NCBI GenBank assembly: GCA_002269645.1
Contig: NIVC01005038.1
Location: 1 to 28,097, forward strand
Length of the DNA stretch: 28,097 nt
Origin: Macrostomum lignano
Taxonomy: Eukaryota
Reading direction: 5' to 3'
Below the pieces are notes generated by a model that ran no database searches, was not told where the DNA came from, and saw only the letters and a list, made by a program, of their open reading frames with translations. The stretch's first letter is position 1, and each line of letters begins with the position of its first letter. Below are positions 1-8,600 of the stretch, in pieces. The position numbers and the translations under genes were made by a program.

Positions 1-244
<244 letters not shown>

Positions 245-1073
245 AGTCGTCAACAGCAGAGTCAAGTCGCCTGTGACCAGGGCTTGACACGGGGGTGGTC
301 TGTGACCAGACATCCCCAGCTGCTGCTAATAGCAACAACATCGAGATGCCAGCCAAGCTGACTCTTCGTGTCTTTTGCGACACCCACCGACAACGTTGCA
401 TTTTTACAGAGTAGATTTGCTTGCGCTGAGCCCAGCCAGGCTTGCCAGTGACAGCAATAGGAGACAGTCTTGAGCTGACCCCTCCTCGATCGGCACTTGC
501 TCAACCAAGCCAGATTAACGTCCATAGGGGACTTAAGAAAGACTGGAAACTGACGCCCTATCGAAAAGTCAACGATCGCGATCGGCGATGAGAGTCTCTC
601 TGAGCCCGGGCAAGCGCACCCAGATGTACAATTTGAAATTTTTCCGAATCTACGCGCTGAGAACCTAATCAGGGTGGCTGCGTGAGCAGTTGAAAAGCCC
701 TAGCTCAGCTGTCAAAGCGGTCATTCTCTTCCCTTGTGGTCATGACCTGTCGAGACAATTTGAAGGTGTCCTCGACAAACAGCTCACGACAATCGGTGAA
801 TCATTGTCGCAAGGCCTTTCCAGAGGCAAACATCTACACACTTGACTCAGTGGTGGATGCCGAGGCAACGGACAGCGTCCGAAGCAATGTGGAAAAATTG
901 AACGCGCCATGCCAGAATCTCAACCAGAAGGGGCACATGTCCACTACCCAGACAGGGTTTGACCTTCCTGTCAGACAAGGTCACACTATCTGACCAATCG
1001 GCCTTGGAGGTCTTCAGGATTGTCTATGGCAAAGTACAAAAAACTTGTAGGTTTTAGGAATGCGGCTAGCAAC

Positions 1074-2778
1074 CAAGTCTTGAACTTATCGAATTATCGT
1101 CTTTCTGACTGCGAAACCGAAATTTTAGGAATGGGGAAGAACTTTGTGCCAGCCCCAATTGTTATGGGGTCCAGCGTTTTCTGACTCCATCAAGGTTTTC
1201 AAGCAGAGAATAGTTCTTAACTCCTGCTTCAGCGTCGCACGTGTGCTTTCACCCCCGCGCATCCCTTATACTGCCGAGCTTCGATCCCCAACATCAACTT
1301 GGACAAGTGGCGCTCTCACAGAGACCTTTTTGAAAGCCTTGACAGGATTAGAATTCCAAGAATCATACACAACAAGCCAAACCTTCAGGAGCAGCAGAGA
1401 ATGGCACTGAAGACTCTTCGAGACAATAGCAGTATCGTCATTAAACCTGCCGACAAGGGCAGCAATATGGTCGTTTTGAATCGAACAGATTACATACTGG
1501 AAGCTAAACAGGCAGCTCTCCAACAGGACCTTCTACCAACCCCTTGACACTGCAATGAGCGCCCAGACCAGTGCCATTATCAAAGCCATTTTTCAAGATC
1601 TTAAAGAAGAAAAGATAATTACTAATCATCAATACTCGCAACTGATTCCGCCAACTATTCCAAGAGATCGAATTTTTTACCTTTTGCCAAAAATCCATAA
1701 GGATCCCGAAGAATGGCCTACTCCTGGAGTGCCTCCTGGAGACCATTGTCTCGGACTGCAGCTCGGAAAGCTACATGAGCGCCAAATTTATCGATCTCTT
1801 CCTACAGCCGATCGCTAAGGAACAAGACTCCTTCATCCGAGACACGGACCACTTTCAAGCGGCTATTAATGATTTGATTTTTGAAAAAGACGAAAATGTC
1901 TTTCTGGTTACAATGGATGTTGAATCCCTGTACACCAATATTCCCACTGATAAGGGGATGGACGCCATTAGAGATGCCTTTCAAACATTTCCCCAAACCT
2001 CAAGGCCAGATAACCATCTTCTTGCGCTCCTGGACATTAACTTGAACAAAAATGATTTTGTTTTCAACGACACGCGCTACTTCAAATCAAAGGCACAAGC
2101 ATGGGAAAGGCCTTTGCGCCATCCTACGCCAACATATTTATGTCTGCCTGGGAATCCAAAGCTTTAGAAACTGCTCCGTTTACCCCTCGTTTCTTCAAGC
2201 GCTACATTGACGACATTTTTATGGTCTTCGTCGGCACTGAAGACGAACTAAAGGAGATGCACAAGCATCTGAATGAGTTCGATTGCAACATCCGACTCAC
2301 GATGCAATACAGCAAAGAGAAGGTTCACTTCCTGGACTGCTGTGTCAGTCTGACTGACGAAGGCAACAACAAGAGACTTTCGTGCTCAATCTACTTCAAA
2401 CCCACCGATTCACGCCAGCTTTTAAATCCGGGTCTTTTCACCCAAAGCACACTTTCAAAGGTATACTGAAATCTCAGTTCCTCCGTTACGCTCGCCGTTG
2501 CACATTTAAAGAAGACTTCGATGAGGCCAGCAGCAGCTTAACAAGCATCCTGAAGAAACAAGGATATTCTGTCCGCTTAATCAGGGATTCTAAAAAATCT
2601 GCCCTCATCCAGCTGGGCCTCTACATTGATGGTCGGTGGGAGTTCGGCTTCCAGGATTGTGGCAATCTAAGCTGCCGTCCTTGCAGAGAGCACGGGCATT
2701 TTGGCCAAGTTTGTTTAGGGTCCAGCGCTACAAAAATGATTTACAAAATTTGTCAAAAAGTCCGCTGTGACTCCAGGA
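1074..2778 (+). pseudogene. PLE reverse transcriptase, thumb and Cys-rich linker coding region, broken by several frameshifts
   Basis: ORF-track pieces 1299-1547, 1555-1818, 1775-2167, 2101-2469 and 2382-2831 join into one RT polyprotein if single bases are restored, e.g. PPG[R]P[I]VSDCSSES, YF[Q]IKGTSMG, G[S]FHPKHTFKG. The catalytic YIDD is intact. The true start is not determined. Confidence 0.85.
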
Positions 2779-3093
2779 ATGTGGGTATGCCATTCTGTGC
2801 AAGACTTGCAATGACCGCTGTATCTACGTAGGTGAGACTGGAGGCGCTCTTAAAGTCAGACTTCAGGCTCACCTGAGCGACATCAGACTGGCTCACCCCA
2901 ATCTCCAGGCCTTTCGGTCACCAAACCCAGTATTCAGGACCTCCGCTTTATCTGTGGTACCTCAGTACTGAGTGCCTGACCACTAAAGAGGGTGCTCAAC
3001 GCACGGAGGAATATGGAGCAGAAGCTCATCGCTTTACTACAGACCCAGACTCCAGCAGGCTTAAACACCGTCATCCTACGCTGCATCCAATAG
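2779..3093 (+). pseudogene. GIY-YIG endonuclease domain of the PLE (frameshifted)
   Basis: Manual translation gives (V)YAILCKTCNDRCIYVGETGGALKVRLQAHLSDIR and, after frameshifts, RRNMEQKLIALLQTQTPAGLN, with stop TAG at 3091-3093. This matches the PLE GIY-YIG pattern with a CxxC insert and the terminal P-x-GLN motif. Confidence 0.88.
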
Positions 3094-3177
3094 TGATCCT
3101 TTCAGTGACCCTCTAATCATCAACGACGGATTTCACCACGTGATCTGATAGGTAGGCTCCTATACTATCGCTATCGC

Positions 3178-3580
<403 letters not shown>

Positions 3581-3989
3581 AGCCTTCTCAGCTCAATTGC
3601 ATGCCCTGCCTAGGGGATGAAGAATTTAAATTTTTAATGAAAGCCACCCCCAAGAGGCCTGCAGTTCAGTTAAATCCAGTGCAGTCCAATTTTTCATGCA
3701 TGTAAAATGACATTGGCAGTAAGTTTTACTCTGAACTTTTTCGTTAGACTGAACTATTCTGTTGAAAGTATGCCATAAGTGTGAATTCCAGTTTCATATC
3801 GTTCTTGTTTCTATGGCCTTCGAGGTATGAATCTGTTGAATATTTTTGGCAAGCACTGCAAGTGTGTGCATTATTGAATTCAGGATTCTGTCGATAGAAG
3901 ATAGATTATGTTGTACTGCAACTTGTATCATTTTACTTTTGTGCCAGTTCCTTTAAATTAAGCGCATCATAACTAAACAGTACTCACTG

Positions 3990-4935
3990 CCATCTAATCT
4001 CATTCTGTCTAGTCTCATCCTGTCTATTCTCATTCTGTCTAGTCTCATCCTGTCTATTCTCATTCTGTCTAGTCTCATTCTGTCTAGTCTCATTCTGTCT
4101 AGTCTCATTCTGTCTAGTCTCATTCTGTCTATCTCATTCTGTCTAGTCTCATTCTGTCTATTCTCATTCTGTCTAGTCTCATTCTGTCTATTCTCATTCT
4201 GTCTAGTCTCATTCTGTCTAGTCTCATCCTGTCTAATTTCATTCTGTCTAGTCTCATTCTGTCTATTCTCATTCTGTCTAATTTCATTCTGTCTATTCTC
4301 ATTCTGTCTAGTCTCATTCTGTCTATTCTCATTCTGTCTAGTCTCATCCTGTCTAATTTCATTCTGTCTAGTCTCATCCTGTCTAATTTCATTCTGTCTA
4401 GTCTCATCCTGTCTAATTTCATTCTGTCTAGTCTCATCCTGTCTAATTTCATTCTGTCTAGTCTCATTCTGTCTAGTCTCATTCTGTCTAGTCTCATTCT
4501 GTCTAGTCTCATTCTGTCTATTCTCATTCTGTCTAATTTCATTCTGTCTAGTCTCATTCTGTCTAGTCTCATCCTGTCTAATTTCATTCTGTCTATTCTC
4601 ATTCTGTCTAGTCTCATTCTGTCTAGTCTCATTCTGTCTATTCTCATTCTGTCTAATCTCATTCTGTCTATTCTCATTCTGTCTATTCTCATTCTGTCTA
4701 TTCTCATTCTGTCTAGTCTCATTCTGTCTAGTCTCATCCTGTCTATTCTCATTCTGTCTAGTCTCATTCTGTCTAGTCTCATTCTGTCTAGTCTCATTCT
4801 GTCTATTCTCATCCTGACTATTCCCATCCTGTCTAGTGTCATCCTGTCTGAAATCATCCTGTCTGATCATATCTTGTCTAATCTCATCTTTTCTATTTTT
4901 ATTCTGTCTAATCTACAGTCTGTCTAATCTCATCG
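3990..4935. repeat. 15-bp minisatellite (TCTCATTCTGTCTAG and variants)
   Basis: Tandem 15-mer; it produces the artefactual ETRQN and RMRLD ORFs on the minus strand. Confidence 0.97.
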
Positions 4936-5517
4936 CGTCAAATCTCATATTCTATTTATTACCTTACCTTATAATCGTGTGGGCACGCATCTTATAGGTT
5001 TTCTAATTGTTTTTTTATTTCTATAGCTGTTTAATAGCGCAAATAACAGATTCTTAAGAGTACACTTACTTACCAACTCACCACTCTACTCTACTAAAAT
5101 AAGTAGGGTGGTTAGGGCATGAAGTTGCGTACTATTCACTGACAAGAAAAGTACGCAAGCAATCATGCTGAACATTAGGCGTGTACACTGCTCTAAATGT
5201 GCATATTTGAAGTGTACACGCTGACGCTCTGAAGAAAGAAAAATTTTAGCTCTCTAACTTGTAATGATATGCTAGGGCCAGTGTTTTTAATTTACGCTCG
5301 TAAAAAGCACTGCAAATCATGTAATTTTGCATGCTAAAGTGAGCTCATGCCACACGCTATTTATGCATGAGACAAATCGAAGCTCGGATCGAAAAGTTCT
5401 GCCGGATGGCCGGTCAGCTCTGTGGCTGGCAGCTGACAGAGGCGACCTGCAGGGTGAGTCGGCTTGTTGCTGGAGACACTTGCTTGTGGGGCAGTTTTGG
5501 TTAGGTTCATTGCTGGC

Positions 5518-5675
5518 GCCCCTGGTGCTAAAGCCCCTGGTGCTAAAGCCCCTGGTGCTAAAGCCCCTGGTGCTAAAGCCCCTGGTGATAAAGCTCCTGG
5601 TGCTAAAGCCCCTGGTTCTAAAGCCCCTGGTGCTAAAGCCCCTGGTGCTAAAGCCCCTGGTGCTAAAGCCTCTAG
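5518..5675. repeat. 15-bp minisatellite (CCTGGTGCTAAAGCC), about 10 copies
   Basis: Direct reading; it lies just upstream of the probable ATG at 5684 and is in frame with it as PLVLK repeats. Confidence 0.95.
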
Positions 5676-5683
5676 TGCAAAAG

Positions 5684-8600
5684 ATGCAAAATGCAGAGAC
5701 TGAATGTGAAAAGCTTTTATTGACTGCAGCATATTTTACCTCGCCATCAGAAGTGGACCGCCTGATTCGAACTGGTGCCCGACTGAACAAGCGACAGCGC
5801 AACGGCTGGACGCCGCTGTGCGCAGCCGCTTGGCGCGGTCACGTCCGCGTTGTCAAGCGGCTGATCTCCGCCGGAGCTCTGCTGAATCCGCGCCAAGAGT
5901 TCGGCGCCACGCCGCTCTACGTGGCGGTTCAGAACCGTCGAACGGCAACAGTAGCCGCGTTGCTGGCCGCTGGTGCGGACTGCGACCTACCGGAGAACAG
6001 GGGCTGGTCGCCGATGCACATTGCCGCGCAGTACGGTCACGTGAAGGTGGCGACGCTGCTAATCAATGCTGGCGCTGACATCAGCCAGCAAGCTGAAGAT
6101 GGCTACACGCCTCTGTATATTGCGGCCCAGAACGGTTACGCGTCCTTTGTCCGGCTTCTGCTTTCAACGGAAATGTGCAGCGTCGCTCTGCTGAATCTTC
6201 CAATGAATGACGGCAGCACATCACTGTGGATCGCCGCCCAGAATGGTCACGTCAAGGTCGTTGACGAGCTCATTCGAGCTGGGGCGGACATTGAACTTGC
6301 AGACTGCACCGATGCTTCCCCTCTATGGACGGCGGCAGATCACGGACACGTCAGCACCGTGTTGCGTCTACTCAGGGCTGGTGCCACTGTTGATCGCTGC
6401 GATAACATGGGCAGTTCGCCATTACACGCTGCAGTGTCTAATGGACATCTGAAGGTCACGCGTCTGCTGCTGAAGTACAGAGCTAAAGTGGACGTGCTCA
6501 GCACGATTGGCAACAGTCCACTGACATCCGCTTCACTCGAAGGTCACGCTGAGTGTGTTCGTGAGCTGCTAAAGTTTGGAGCGAATGTGAATCAGTCTGG
6601 GTTCGAGGGCTGCTCGGCACTCTATTTCGCCTCCGAGGGTGGCCACACTCGCGTAGTCGAGTTGCTTCTGAAGGCTGGAGCCCGAACTGACGACTGCAAC
6701 TGCTTCGGTTGCAGCCCATTGTGGATCGCCTCGCGCGAGGGTCACTTGGCGGTGGCGTTGCAGCTGCTCAAAGCCGGCGCGAATTTCAACATAGTCGGCG
6801 AAGGCCATCTGACTCCACTAGGCATAGCGGTGCGGTCCGGAAATATTGGCGTGATTGGCGCCCTGATTGAAGCCGGATCGGATCTGAACCGCGTCAGCGC
6901 ATCCGGTACCAGCTCGCTTGTGTTAGCTATCGACATGCGTCAGGAAGAAGCCGCAATCAATCTGCTGGATGCCGGAGTTAACGTTGATGTCCTGGACCCT
7001 GTGGGCATGTCACCACTGTGGCTTGCTGCTCAAAACGGGTGCATTCGAGTTCTGAACTATCTTCGATCGTGCAGAAATCCACGCCGTAGGACGCGACAAC
7101 ATTGGAACAGGATGCTCCTCGACGAGTTGAAGTGCTTCGCTTTTGCGTGCTACAGGGGCCAGATTGAGGTTCTCGCTTCCCTGTCTGAGTCGCAATTGTT
7201 GCACTCAAGCGACCTAAACGACTTGTCAGGCCTAACTGGTTCTGAAGTTTTCGTTGAAGAGTTCAAAAGATTTATAGCAATGAAAAGAAGCATCCTGCCG
7301 CCAGTTCATCGGTGAGTTACCGAAATCTCAGAACCAGGAAAAGAGGGGAACAGCAGTCGGTAAACGCGTCCGACGCAAGGACCACTGTATATAGCTATAT
7401 ACAGTTGTCCTTGATCCGACGCTCGCTCACAGACACGTGGTTTGATCCCGTGTGTGGCCACATTTATTTACGGCTTGTGTGCACGAAAATTGACCAATGG
7501 AGTTGTCCTGCGATTCACACCCTGACATGTGAAAGTCAGGGTGTACATGCCTGACAATCAGAAACTCAAAGGGCTGCTGTACACCCTGTGTGAGCGTGTG
7601 TATGAGTGCGTGCCTGCGTACAGTATGTGCTCAGGAATCAGCGGACTGGGTAGAATTGCCTCGCCACTTGTTGCAGGACGATATCACCGTAGGCGTTGCG
7701 CCAGGGTGTCTGCTGCCCTCCGAATACTTATACGATTTACACGGAACAGGAAGGGCCTGTTTAATAGAAAGGAAGCAAAGCCAAATTTAGACACATTTAT
7801 GCAATCAAGTTTCAAACAATTCTCCAGATTGGAAAGCACAGTCCAACACAGCCTCCGGCTGCATCAGTCACTTCTGCTCTCGGGCTTCAGTCGGGAGAAC
7901 TCCGTTCTGCAAAGCGGCGCCGCTGCGGTACTGCAAAAGATTATCAGAAGCAAGAACCAGGCCGGCTACTTTGTCGTTGGCAGCTACGCAGACGGTTGGG
8001 GCAACTGCTTGTCAAGGCTGGACGGACGAATCGAGGTCGGCTCGGACATTGACCTCACGTGCATCGAAGCGATGCCGCCGTTTCATCTGATTGGCTGCAC
8101 ACCGATTGGAATGTGCTCAAAGACCGACTGTGTCCCAGTGCAGTATTCGGATGGCCACATCGATTATAAAGTGCATGGTAGGTTGTTATACATTCCACTT
8201 GGTGTCGAAAAAATAATTAATAAAGCTAGCATGGAGGCTGAGAGAATACTTTAGCAACAGAAGGGGTCAGTGTAGAGTCAGTGAGGAAGGCCGAAGCCCA
8301 CAACAGTTTATTTTTATTAGAAACAAGTGGAACTCCTCCTTCGGAGGAGAAAGGTGAAGAACTCAAATAAAAGAAATGGAGGGGCTGGAGTGGGAACGAG
8401 AGGCTAAAGAGGGACGAAGTGAGGACCAATCAGAGTGAAGAAAGGGTGAGAGAGAGAAGGCTAGACTGAATTGCACGAGAGAGTACACAACGAAGAGTAC
8501 ATGGTGTACTGAAGGAGAGCAGAAGTCGCTACATTTGGATCTTATCATATTTTATGGCAAATTAATTCACCCCGTGAAGATGCAGTCATGTGAGAGCAGA

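Larger units (their letters stand above)
245..3177 (+). mobile_element. Penelope-like retroelement (PLE), RT-then-GIY-YIG architecture, Neptune/Nematis-like
   Basis: Recognisable PLE motifs across frames: VLNLSNYRLSDCETEILGMGKNFVPAP; ALKTLRDNSSIVIKPADKGSNMVVLNRTDY; FYLLPKIHK; TMDVESLYTNIP; GTSMGKAFAPSYANIFM; RYIDDIF; VHFLD; YFKPTDS. These are followed by a Cys-rich linker (CGNLSCRPC) and a GIY-YIG endonuclease. The element is bounded on both sides by the same-strand (CTAT)n tract. Confidence 0.93.

Noticed and set aside
3094-3150. Hammerhead ribozyme at the PLE 3' end (TTGATGA...GAAA on the minus strand)
   Set aside because: Stems II and III do not pair convincingly by eye; a covariance-model search is needed.
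3953-4870. 305-aa ETRQN-repeat and 242-aa RMRLD-repeat ORFs (could suggest adhesive or antifreeze-like proteins)
   Set aside because: Both are frame-shifted readings of one stop-free 15-bp minisatellite, with no non-repetitive coding context or splice partners.
7529-7827. N-terminal part of the 241-aa ORF as coding sequence
   Set aside because: It overlaps SINE copy 1 in intron 1; the phase-compatible acceptor is at 7827/7828.
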